A model generated the notes under the pieces. That model had not been told where the DNA came from. It did not search any database and worked only from the letters and a program-made list of their open reading frames with translations. This document shows positions 30,501 through 42,890 of a stretch of DNA of 64,000 nt, piece after piece; the first letter of the stretch is position 1, and the number at the start of each line of letters is the position of its first letter. The translations under genes and the position numbers were made by a program. The DNA is from Octopus bimaculoides (taxonomy: Eukaryota), in contig NC_068981.1 of assembly GCF_001194135.2 (NCBI RefSeq), positions 20,177,443-20,241,442 on the forward strand. Reading direction: 5' to 3'.

Positions 30501-32170
30501 CATAAATAATAGCCACCCTCCTTGTTTTTGTGTGATCTACACATATGACACTAAAGATATGAAAATATCATGTACCTTTACATGAAAATAGAATGCATTA
30601 CATATTTCTGCATGGAAAAACTAAATAAGTAAATGTGTGAATTTTGTACAGATGCATTTATCTAGATGCCATATCTTCATGTGTTTTCAGATATTATGGA
30701 AACATTTATATTTGTTGAAAATTGTTTAGCAGAAATGTTACATAGATTTAAAGAGGATCACTACATCAACAATAGTAGATTCGTAACATAAGAGTAGATG
30801 AAAAAGAGATTAGGTAAGTTTTAGAAAAAATAAGTTGAGAAAAGAGAAAAGATTGAACAGGAAAGAGATGGCAGAGTAAAGATGAAGATCTAAAGAATAA
30901 GAACTTCAGAAGTAGGTGTATTCATGTGGTTTTAGTTTTGTGAAGGTGATGTTTCCCAGTTTCACACTATGCTTCTCTAGTTGCCTTCTCTAGTCTTGAT
31001 TCTATAGTTTTTTGAGAATTTTCTTTTTCTCTGTTGTGCAGAGATCACATCTGTTTCCAGTGAAGTAAGGTTTAGATTTTTTGAGGATTTCATTCCATAA
31101 CATGAAGCTTACTCTTTTAATTGCTGGATGTTATCAGTTGATTTTGCTGTGTTCTTTTTTTTTTACATGTCTAAAGGAGTATGATTTACATGCCAGTTCT
31201 AGTTTGGATTTTATAAAGGTGACCTTTACTTCATAAATTATAGCTTCTGTGTTGCAGATTAAACCAGTTTGCAGATATTTGTGTTTCTACATGATCAGGT
31301 AGCTTTAGTTTTGTTCGTGTGTGAGTATGTGTATGTGATGTATTTTTCATGTTTATGGTACAACTGTAGCTTAATTTCAAGTCAAGTCTGTTAAAACTTT
31401 CTTCTATATTCGTAGTTAGCAGGAGAGTATTTGTCTACTGTATTAGATTTAAAATTTAACAAAAATGAGTGGTGTGAACCATATATACCAGCACCTCTTT
31501 TCTACTCTTTGTGAAGATAGCAAAGTGAATAGGTCATTTTCTCTTTGAATCCACAAGCTAATAAAGTGTTATTGGGAGTTAGATTGAAAATCCTTCCATC
31601 AATATTGATGTCCTTAAAAGCTATGGGATTTGGTATGTAAGATTTTTTCATTGAGCTTTAGTTGTAAAATCTAGTGTAACAGCAAAGAAGTTAACTGTAG
31701 TTGAGTTAGTGACTACAATTCTTTTACATAGAAAGCACTAAAAGTGTGGATGGTGTACTTAATTTGTCTAATTCTTTTTTATATTTGTTTGTTATAGATT
31801 ACCAACCCATCATCTCTGCAAAGACCAAAGTCTGTTTTAAATGATAATTAAATATAACTAAGATGTGAAATTGTATATAGATTACATATATTCATGTTGT
31901 TATATGATCCAATGCTTACATCCAAGAAATTTCTGATGTCAGGTTTTTGTTTTTCACCCAGGTATGGTTCTCATTGAAAGTTAGGGCTTTCCTGGCATGC
32001 ATTATTATTTCCATATTGTCATCTATCATATTGTCACTCAGCAAATTATTTTGTGCTGCATTTTAGTGTTTTACATTTATAGACTTATAAAATTCAACAA
32101 TATCAAATTGACTGAATGCTGAATTTGTTTGTAGATGTGTCTATTATCAATACTACTGAACCAGCTTTCA

Positions 32171-32390
32171 CCCTTTCATTACCAACCTGGCTGAAACCAG
32201 CTCTGGCTCTGAATACAAATGTCTTGTTTTCATAAGTTTTGAATTAAAATCTTCCACCAAACCTTAGTCACAATTTATGTTCCTAACACTAGCTGAATGA
32301 TAACTAAGTTATTTTACTAAATTCTTTGTTATATTTAAAGTAATTGAAAGAAACACAGAGCATCTCAAAATAAATACAGTAACAAAAGGC
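32171..32390. mobile_element. Degenerate piggyBac-like MITE (related copies ~38781-39005, inverted ~46870-47050)
   Basis: TIR ccctttcattac / gtaacaaaaggc (9/12), flanks ttca and ttaa; shared internal agttattttactaaa and tcttcca.caaa motifs. Confidence 0.5.
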
Positions 32391-34611
32391 TTAAACATTA
32401 TTCCTATTATTCCATTGTTATTGATCTTTCTCATGTTATTACTGATATTCTTTCAAATTTTTTTTACTAAATAGTTCTGTCTTGGATTTAGCTGGATAAA
32501 TTGACCTCCATTTAAAATTTGGTACAATTTTTTTTATGGTTATTAGTTGTTATAGATTTTTGGCACTAAGTTGTCTGCTTCTTGTAGGCTCATGTCAATC
32601 ACTTGTGATGCCTGTTTTTCAGAAGAAGCATGGTTCAAGATATTCAGCTGTTGTACCCCCTCTGTGTGTGGTGGCCCTGTTGTCAAATCATCTCTTTTTT
32701 ACAATTCTCTCATGGTTACTCTTTGAGAGTCGCCCCTCTTGCTGGTTCAACTCAATTTACTACACATTGTTCATCCATTTGATGCCCTGGATTGATGCTT
32801 CAATCCAGAACTGTGGGAACAGCCAGCCTTTTCAATGATAACTTTCTGAGACACCGTAAGATCAAAAGTTTTGTCCATGATTGCAACACTATGATTTTCT
32901 TTTAAAAAACTTTACATATATCATTTAAAAAATAATCACATGCAAATATTGATTGAGGAAATATAATGCAAATTTGCTGAAACAGTATTATTGTCTTATA
33001 TTGAGATAAGCAGAATTCACCTATTTGTCTATACACTTACACTTGTTAGTCTACTGTAATCATTCTTGAAATTAGTCAGAATGTTCATCGATAAAACTGA
33101 AACATTACTGCCACATTTATTGTGCATAAGAATAATAACTTTTATTTGAATATTCATTTTTTTAGTTTTAATATTCTAATTTTGTATTACACATTTGTAT
33201 ATATGTATGCAATAAAATATATATTACATAATTTAATATAATGTATAAAACATTTATATATATTAATATATATACATATATATATATATATCATACATAT
33301 TATTATATATATATATTTATTAATAACATATATATTTTAAATATTTATAAAATATGATAATAACAATAATAATAATAATAATAATAATAATGTAAATATA
33401 AATAAAACATGTATTTAATATGATATATGCAATGTTATACATTTGAATATTCCAGCTTATGAACGAAAGAGCAAGTGAGTTTTCAATATGTGATTTAGGG
33501 TATTTATACTGAATTATTTTTATTGGGACTTGAGTTCTATGTCATTGCAATCATCAGGTGAACTGTGTCAATAGTTTCTTCAAGCTTGTTCTACACTGGA
33601 TGGAACAGTTTCATTCTTTAGTGTATCACTGTCATTTTCATTGGTCACTTATAAACATTTTCTTAAGGTATTTGACTATAGTTGCTACCATTTCCTTTAT
33701 TACATTTTCATTGGTTGGCTTCATTGTCCATTTTATCTTTTTTATACTTGTCATGTTAGTACTTTTCATTGACCAGTTCAACAGCCATCCTGGACCTGTC
33801 TTTTTCATATCAATATATTTTACCCAATTTGTTCATCTTTATGTTGCTTTTTATTGACTAATTCAATGGTTGTCCTGTTTCTGGTTAATAGTTTTGTAAT
33901 CCTATACAGTTTTGAAAAACTTTTTATTTGTTTATTGCTTTTCATTAGTGGGTGACTCCTACCCTACTCTTCTCTATCTGTCATAATTTCCTGTTTTGAT
34001 ATAAAAATTTATTTTCTTATCATTTTTCATTGCCCTGTTTGTGTTTGTTGTTTATGTCATCCTGTGCCATAAAGTTGTCATTTTGTCTATTTCATGGCAA
34101 ATTATTTTTCTATCTGATATAGCTAAAGATATGTTTTCATATACTCCATGGCAATTTGCATTTTTTATCTGATGTCACTAAATTCTCGTTCTTTCTTTGG
34201 ATTACTTTGTTGGCTACTTTGTTTTATTGTTCCATTACCACTGGCATGTCATGTCTCTGCTGCCTTCCCATTGCTATCGCATCAACAGATAGTTACTCTG
34301 TTTGCAGTTCAGAGTAAATTTTAAAATGAGTTTATTTTGATGTCTGCAGCATATTATCACTTCAAATTTGTTGAATAGTCTTATGTTTTGTGCAAGTTGT
34401 GTTATAACTTTCTGTTGTTCAGACTTGACTATTCTAAGCACAATAGCATGATAAAAAAAAATGAGATATACAATTAAAAACTAATGACAGATATTAGGAA
34501 AGCTGATCAATGAAACTGAAACAACCAGCAAATTGTCTTATAAATAGAGAAGTTGGCAACCATAAATGGTTCTTCATAGAATATTCAAAATCTAAGCAAT
34601 GAAAATTATAG

Positions 34612-35020
34612 CTCTTTACTCTATTACTTGTTTCAATCATTTGACTGCGGCCATGCTGGAGCACCGCCTTTAGTCGAGTAAATCGACCCCAGGACTTATT
34701 CTTTGGATGCCTAGTACTTATTCTATCAGTCTATTTTGCCGAACCGCTAAGTTACGGGAACATAAACACACCAGCATCGGTTGTCAAGCGATGTTGGGGG
34801 ACAAACACAGACACACATATACATATATTTATATACATATATACAACAGGCTTCTTTCAGTTTCCGTCTACCAAATCCACTCACAAGGCTTTGGTCAGCC
34901 TGAGGCTATAGTAGAAGACACTTACCCAAGGCGCCACGCAGTGGGGATGAACCCGGAACCATGTGGTTGGTAAGCAAGCTACTTAAGCAAGCTACTTACC
35001 ACACAGCCACTCCTGCACCT
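34612..35020 (-). mobile_element. SINE family A, full length, with 13-bp tandem duplication in head
   Basis: Colinear with 14805 copy; taagcaagctact repeated at 34971-34983 and 34984-34996. Confidence 0.9.
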
Positions 35021-35039
35021 ATGTATACAAGAATTAACT

Positions 35040-35600
35040 TATTCCAAGGTATATTAAGCCAGTCTTTCTAAGACTATCTTTTACGTTTTACAACTCTTTA
35101 CAGTACCATTTCACATATCATCTTCTGTCTGGTTGGGACCTTGCACCATCCACAGATTTGGTCTTTCTGTCAGCAGGTTATCTCATAAAATTTTCCAGTT
35201 ACTCTCCAGCAATAAGTCACTATAACCTCCCTTCCATCTGCAGTGACAATTAGAACATCTTTGAATGTACAAATGACTTTCTTTTGTCCCTGAGGCTGTA
35301 TAACTTTTACTCTGACGTTACAAATCACTAACTTATGATGAGTGATACATTCTTCACCAGGGAAAACTTAGAACTTACAACTGCTTCTTGGTGAGAATAA
35401 AATCTATTTAGCTTTAGTGTTTGTTTGCTTGATTTGTAAATGATCAGGTAGATGGCTGCTTTACTGAAGTTTCTTTTGCAAATTAGTAGGTCTCTGCATT
35501 TCAAAACATCAGAGATATTGGACTCCACTCCATACTATAGCCTCCATATATATGCTGGAGACACCATCAAAATGTTGTACAATATCTATTAAAAAATTTG
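35040..35600 (-). mobile_element. Decayed RTE-clade LINE, end of the AP endonuclease domain
   Basis: Minus strand FPGEECITHHKLVICN and DLLICK..F.K.A..LI.Y segments; ends approximate. Confidence 0.7.
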
Positions 35601-35639
35601 GGACAACACTTTGATATCAAATATCTACTAAGAACCCAT

Positions 35640-35800
35640 AAGGCAGTGAGCTAGCAGAATCATTAGTACACCGAGCAAAATGCTTAGCAGCATTACATCT
35701 GTCTTCAAGTTCTGAGTTCAAATTCTGACTTTGCCTTTGATCTTTTTGGGGTCAGGCACTGGGGTCAGTGTAATTGACTTACCTTGTACCAAAATTTGAA
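35640..35800 (+). mobile_element. Decayed SINE of another family (related relic ~12705-12850)
   Basis: aaggcagtgagctagcagaatc...aaatgcttagc...gagttcaaattc (B-box-like)...ctttgcctt...cactggggtc. Confidence 0.5.
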
Positions 35801-37564
35801 CTTAATATCTATTGAGAACCACAGTCATGATAATGAGGTTGTCATCTTTCATTATTGAAGATAGTCTGCAGGATGGCTTTATAAGAGGTCCTATTCATCT
35901 ACTAAGATCTTTGTGGCATATATGTGGAGATACTCTGACTACCTCAATTATATTATCTATCCATTTTACTGTTTATAATATGTCAGCTCCCTCTCCGTTT
36001 CACCTTTTAGCAATTCTGTTTTGAACATGGCAGGAAGAGGAGGATCTTTAGTGGTGGGTTGGTAGATTTGTATCTGTTCTCCGCATTTAAAATGATATAC
36101 TATATAATATTTATTGATAGTTGCTATGCTCTATATCATAGATAGCTGCTGTGCTATGTAATAGTAGGTTACTGGATTGAAAACATCTAAAATGTAAGCA
36201 TGTTACTGATTTAAATATAGCATGGCATTAGAACAAGCATTAATTCAGCAATAAGTTGTTTTATTTATTTATTCATTTTTCATACCAATATCAAAGAACA
36301 TAAAGTTTCTGATGAGAAACTGAGATTTGGCTTACACTGTACTATTAAATGTATTGAAGATGTTTCCTTTTGGATCCTGTAATGAGATTCCATCAATTCT
36401 CCTTAATTAGTCTTCTCTGGTGTAGTTTGCTGACTTTACATGTCATCATATCATGAAGATATTAATTTACATCACAAAGATATTTTCAAAACAATGTTAC
36501 CTGAGTTTTGTGCAATGATCTGTGGAAACAAAATTAGATTTCTATCTTGAAACAATAAAATAATCAGCAAGTTTCCAATAATTTTATTCTTATTTCCAAT
36601 ATTCCTTCAACTGACATTATTGACAAAAATTCTGAAACTATAATGTAATTCTGAAACTGTTTTCTAAGTGTAGCATTGTAGGATATAAATCAATAAAGGA
36701 ATTTTGAAATATTTAAGTTGATTTCTTCAAAATATGTCTCTCTTTAAGCTGTTTAAATCTCCTTGTGATCATTGATATCTTCCAATATTCTAGCAAGTGT
36801 TACCATAGTGATTTTCTAAAAATGGCTTGTCATGCTGGAAAAATTTTTCTGAATTATTCTTATGTTCTTTTATGCTTGTAATCTGTAAATATTATATAGA
36901 AATAAATCTGTGCTTTCCAAGATTTCTATTTTACTGTTAAATAATTCTTCCATTTTGGACCATGTTCAAATTTGCCTAAAATTTTCAAAACAGAATAAAT
37001 ATTTCACAAAATGCTGATTTTCCAGAATTTAGGAAAGTAATCATGAGAAACAAAAAAAAAAAAAAATTGATGACTCTTCTTCACTTACTCACCTCTATAG
37101 GCTTTATACATCTCCCACATGTATATAATCACTAACTTGCTTGAACTAGCAGTCAAATCTCTCTCGAATAACCCTTTACTATCCACATTGTAAAAATGTA
37201 GTCATAGATATATACTGTCTGAAAAATAGATTGGTCATTGTTGCAATGCCTTGAATCATATATCTAGGTGAGGACAGACTTGAACTAAGCACACGCATTC
37301 ACACACCATAAACACATGCATACATACGGATATATTTGGAGTTGCTTTTGTAGGAATCATTATTTGGAATTTTTCATTCCTGATCCCACTCACCAGAAAA
37401 TTGAAAATGAAAAACCTCAAGTAGCAACATCCTTTGGAATAAATATTATTTCATTCCACCAAACAGTACTAGGCACCTCGTTTACTTACATATACACACT
37501 TTATTCACATGAGCGCATATGCATTTATTTATATATATGTATTTGTGTGTGTATGTATATATAT

Positions 37565-37602
<38 letters not shown>

Positions 37603-37606
<4 letters not shown>

Positions 37607-37850
37607 GAGGGAACCCGTGGAAGAAACAGTTGAGGGAACCCGTGGAAGAGGTAGGCCCAGGAAGACCTGGGCTGAGGTGGTGAGGCAAGACCTTCATACA
37701 TTGGGCCTCACCGAGGCGATGACTACTGACCGAGACCTTTGGAAATGTGCTGTGCGTGAGAAGACCCGGCAAGCCAAGTAAGATTGTTGCCAGTGCCCCT
37801 GGACTGGCTCTTGTGCGGGTGGCACATGAGATGCACCATTTTGAGCATGG
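37603..37850 (+). mobile_element. RTE-clade LINE 3' fragment running into an assembly gap
   Basis: Encodes VEGTRGRGRPRKTWAEVVRQDLHTLGLTEAMTTDRDLWKCAVREKTRQAK*, then one 3' UTR unit; very similar to 44560-44712. Confidence 0.85.
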
Positions 37851-38245
37851 NNNNNNNNNNNNNNNNNNNNNNNNNNNNNNNNNNNNNNNNNNNNNNNNNN
37901 NNNNNNNNNNNNNNNNNNNNNNNNNNNNNNNNNNNNNNNNNNNNNNNNNNNNNNNNNNNNNNNNNNNNNNNNNNNNNNNNNNNNNNNNNNNNNNNNNNNN
38001 NNNNNNNNNNNNNNNNNNNNNNNNNNNNNNNNNNNNNNNNNNNNNNNNNNNNNNNNNNNNNNNNNNNNNNNNNNNNNNNNNNNNNNNNNNNNNNNNNNNN
38101 NNNNNNNNNNNNNNNNNNNNNNNNNNNNNNNNNNNNNNNNNNNNNNNNNNNNNNNNNNNNNNNNNNNNNNNNNNNNNNNNNNNNNNNNNNNNNNNNNNNN
38201 NNNNNNNNNNNNNNNNNNNNNNNNNNNNNNNNNNNNNNNNNNNNN

Positions 38246-38312
<67 letters not shown>

Positions 38313-38344
38313 GTCTAAGTTTGAATATATATATATATATATAT

Positions 38345-38460
38345 ATTCAAACTTAGACTCTGATGTTTTTACAGGGGATCGATTCCACAAGGTAAAGGAT
38401 ACTGATGTCTTTACCTTGTGGAATCAATCCCTTGTAAAGAATCGGAGTCCAAGTTTGAAT
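38345..38460. repeat. Fold-back MITE-like element (~52-bp arms) with an extra inverted copy of its left end
   Basis: attcaaacttagactc...gattccacaaggtaaag / ctttaccttgtggaatc...gagtccaagtttgaat; additional gtctaagtttgaat at 38313-38326. Confidence 0.85.
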
Positions 38461-40442
38461 CTTTTGAGCACTACTAAGCGTCGTCTATATGGAGAATCTC
38501 TGGATCTCATCAGTGGAATATATATATAGGCATGTGTACATATTTATATATGCATGTATGTGTTTTTGTCCCCTCGTCTTGACATCACATGATATTTATA
38601 AACAAGCATCACCATCATACAAGTCAACAAGTGGTATCGTTTGCTTACAATCTTCCATGAAGATATATTGACCATGAGAAAATGTTTCCAACAGATGAAG
38701 GTGGGCATAATTACAATTTGTGTCTCAATGAATGTATGCAAACATGGAAAATTTAACATTAAAAGAAAGATATATTATTTAGGTCATTTGACACCAACCC
38801 ACCCAATAATGACCTTGATTCTATGGCATAAACTTACTGTTATCAAGTGATCTTGATTATAATTTTACATTCAAATTTTGTATTAATTTTTCTTCTAAAC
38901 ACTAGCTTAAAAGTGCTGGAGTTATTTCAAATTGTTATTCATTATTTTTCATATTAATTGAAATGAAGGGGTTGTATTTCAACAGAAACATGATAACAGA
39001 AGAATTAGACAAATCAATGAAAAATGTTGGTTTATTTTCTTATTGAAATTTAAGATTCAATTTCATAGATTTCTGTTTTGATTAAAACACTAAATTAACA
39101 AATGAATGAATATGGTGTTATAGTTTAGTTGACCTCTCCCCACAAATAATGAACTAATCAAACTAATTCTGTATATGAGTGTGACTTTTACTTATCAGTC
39201 CTGTGTAATCTTACCACTGACCTTGTGGAACCATTACTCATTAGAGATGCAAATTGTTTTCTCCAAAACCTAATTTCATCTCCCATTCAAATTTCTCAAC
39301 ACTCATCTGTTCCTTTTACCATCCTTACAACTCTTCAAACCATAAGAGCACATTGTACCAATTCTTGCGTTGTTCCATATGCTCTAGACCTAACAAAGAC
39401 AATACCTGTCATCATGTCAACTAGTAGTGTAATGTACTTCATCTTACTTCTTTTTGATAACCAATTTGTGATGACCAATGTGGTTGTCACAGAACAATAT
39501 GTACCTGAAACATTTTCTCTTTACACATCAGTTGTTGCCCCGAATAAGCCTTTAAACATGCTTGCTCATTGTTTTACATTAGAATTTCCCATGTCAAGCA
39601 TTAACTTTTAACTATCTGGATTGAGATCTTCAAGCTAGGTTGTTGTATCAGTGCATTTATAGGTACTCCTCATGACTTAGACTTCTTTACAGTCTGCAAT
39701 ACATAACAGTCTTATTATTGTCACTGCTAGTCTCCTATAGATAAAATTTCCCAACAATCTTCCCACACCATCAACATTCAGATATACGTAATGTTTTCTA
39801 AGAACAGAAGTACTAACTATATCCTACAGTAGAGTAGAGGAATTGATAATCCATTCTCATCTAACATGACTATGATATAAACACTACGCCTTTCAAAACA
39901 ATAGATCTGCATCACTACACCACATTAGCAGTACTGGCTTCAGATGTGACTGTAGTGTTAAGAAGATCACTTTGCAACTACATGGATTCCACTGCATGTC
40001 ACCTTGAAGTGTTTTCAACCATTGACCTCTACCTTGGCTTTCTGGGTGAAACTTGTTTGACAGAAACAATGTGGAAGCCCTTTTTTGTGTGTGTGTGTGA
40101 TAGACTTAATATTTGCATGGTTTAAAACCACCTGCTACATAGATGATTTAATGAATTTCACTGTAAGCTTTTAAACCAGGGCTCCAGTCTAAAAATAACT
40201 TCCTTCTTTCCAACAATTACTGTGATCCTGAAAAGTGTCACTGCTACTTTTGTTCCTCTAAATTATTAAAAATATACACAACTAAAACCTCTCAATTCAT
40301 ACAATTCAGGAACCTCACAATCATTGCTAGTTTTTATAATCATCAATTTACTGCTCCCATAACTAGAAGTGACTCCAAAACTTATTGCATATTGGTTCAT
40401 AATAAGAATCAGAAAGATATTCTCAGCTTCACGGTACCTTTT

Positions 40443-40556
40443 CATGACTTAGACTTCTTTACAGTCTACAGTACATAACAATCTTATTTCTGTCACTACT
40501 AGTCTCCTATAGATAAAACTTCCCAACAATCTTCCCACACCATCAACATTCAGATA
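40443..40556 (+). repeat. Local duplicate of 39671-39784 (114 bp)
   Basis: catgacttagacttctttacagtct...catcaacattcagata in both, with a few substitutions. Confidence 0.9.
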
Positions 40557-41490
40557 TTCTACTCTGTAGTCCTCTTTTTCTCTCTTAAGCCTGTTTCTGT
40601 TATGGCTTCAGCTAATCGTCTAGAGTTCATATCTAACATTAACGCAATCAATACTATTCAGTTATTTCTCTCCTCCAATTGATGAAGGCCTGAAAAGTTA
40701 AATCAACAGCCCTTCTTCCACAAATTCATGAAAAAAAAATGTTCATTTCTGGTAAAGTAACCTTTCATCTACTAACTGTCATATCTTTTACAGTAAACTC
40801 ATTTTAAAAAACCTATTTCTTGCTTTTAGCATTTTGAGAAATGATCAAAACATATTTTTCCAGTGGAGACAGAAAATTTCTAAACTTACTTTTATATTCC
40901 ATTATCAGCTCTTATATTGGTACATTTTTAATGTGAGCTAATGCAAATATTGTTTCATATTTTTTTAATAATGGATATGTAAGTATTTATCTCTGTAATA
41001 CAAATCCATCTTTCTATTTTGTATAGCAAGTAAACATGCTGCATCCATTATTTTTGTCTAGATAGCTCCATGTTAACATTAAAAAAGAAAATGTAGTAAA
41101 TTTTACTCTATGTTTTCATATCAATTATTTATGAATATGCTTATTTATGTTATTGTCGATTTTTCACAAAGCCTTTTTATGTTAAACATAAAACAGAAAT
41201 CCTTGATTTGGAATTTGTTTTAGGAATTATATTCCAATAAAATCCTTGATAGGTGTAGGATTAAAATATATAGTCTAATTCAAAGGAATTCAATGATGCT
41301 ACTTAACCTACCAAACTATATGCCAGATATATTTTCTCTTTGCTTATTTGTTTTGCTTTCCTGTAACTAGAGTAGGAGACTTACCATAAACCCATTGTTG
41401 TTCTTCAGCTTTCATAAAACTCCTACTTTGTAAAATTATTACATCAGCTATATAAATTTTGCAAGCACTTCAGTTATGTCAACCTGCATA

Positions 41491-41523
<33 letters not shown>

Positions 41524-42779
41524 ATGTGCATATATGTATGTGTGTGTGTGTGCATATAAACATGCACATATATAAGCACATAGACACATACATTTGTGCT
41601 TGCACACATTGTCACCATATTTATTTATTTGTCTTTTTTTGTTTGTTTGTTTTTTAGCCTGCCTTTCTATGCAAATTGTCATAATCTCAACCAGCTCTTA
41701 TTTGGAGTTACTGCCCTCTTAGATGGGACCAAAATTACATCTCTCTCTTCATTCTATTTTTGGTATGGTCTCTATGGCTTGATATGCTTCTTATTGCTTA
41801 CCACTTTACTGAGCATACTGAATGCATTGTGGTACCAGCACTAGTGATGTTGTCTTCTCCCTGGGAAGACTAAAGATTCCTCTATACTATGTGTGTCTTT
41901 GGGTTCGTTTCTTTCTTTACACAAGTGATTAAAAAAAAAAAGAATTAGTGCAAGAAGGGTGTAAGAACAGAACCAAAATGACAGGAACAAGAAAGTGATA
42001 GATAGCTACATGAAGGTTGTTGGTAAGGGGATTGAATAGAAGTGATATCATTCATTCAGAGTGTATTAAAAGAGAGTGATGAAAGTAGATCAGAGTGAGG
42101 AGTGATGAAAGTGAGGGATAATGGAAGAGAACAAGAGCATTAATAGTGAGAAAGTGATACATGAGAGAGTAAAGGATGAGAGAGATGATAGATAACTACA
42201 TGATGATTGTTGGCAAGGAGAAAGAATGATAGGAGGGAGCTGGTGATAGAATAGGCAGTTCTGAGAGTGAGGAGAGGGATGGATATCCAATGATGGTGGA
42301 GGGAGTAATGTGAGAGAGAGTTATGGATAACAATGATGATGAGTGATGGTAGGAAAGTAGAAGTTGGTGAGTATCAGTCATGAGTGATAGTGGAGTAATG
42401 GATGAGGAGGTTATAACTAGTAATAAAGATGGATGATGATAAGAAAGGATTGCATATGGACAGTTCCAATACAATGCCATCCCTCATTAAATAGGTGGCA
42501 CAATAGGAGATAGATAGAGTGATAATAAGAAAGTACATTGATTAATGAGTGAAGTGAGTGATAGATGAGAGCGTAACAAAGGGAGAGAGACTTGATCTGA
42601 ACATAATAGCCAAGCAAGACTTTAATATAGATGTACATTCTCCATCATGACCACCACCATAATTTCTTTTATGTCCTTTTTACTATGCTTATTTAGTAAA
42701 GTGAGACCTATCTACTACGGTACTTCACTTCAATTTGGAGTCTCTTGACACCACTCTCATGTCTTCCTTGTTCCATCAA

Positions 42780-42890
42780 CTTACAGTGCTTGACACTTCT
42801 TTGTACAAATGAGATCCTGTATACATATCATGAGCCCATTCCAGCACAATCTTCTCTCTTGCACACAACATCTGATTCCCCTTCTATGTA
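42780..42890 (-). mobile_element. Short RTE LINE relic
   Basis: Minus ORF RGIRCCVQERRLCW aligns to RSISCGVQERRLHW. Confidence 0.55.

Noticed and set aside
33200-33450. Almost pure A/T tract as origin or matrix-attachment element
   Set aside because: Indistinguishable from degenerate (TA)n/(TAA)n microsatellite; no testable specific signal.
37085-37150. Minus-strand exon with perfect GTGAGT donor
   Set aside because: Inside a decayed repeat copy and has no pyrimidine tract.
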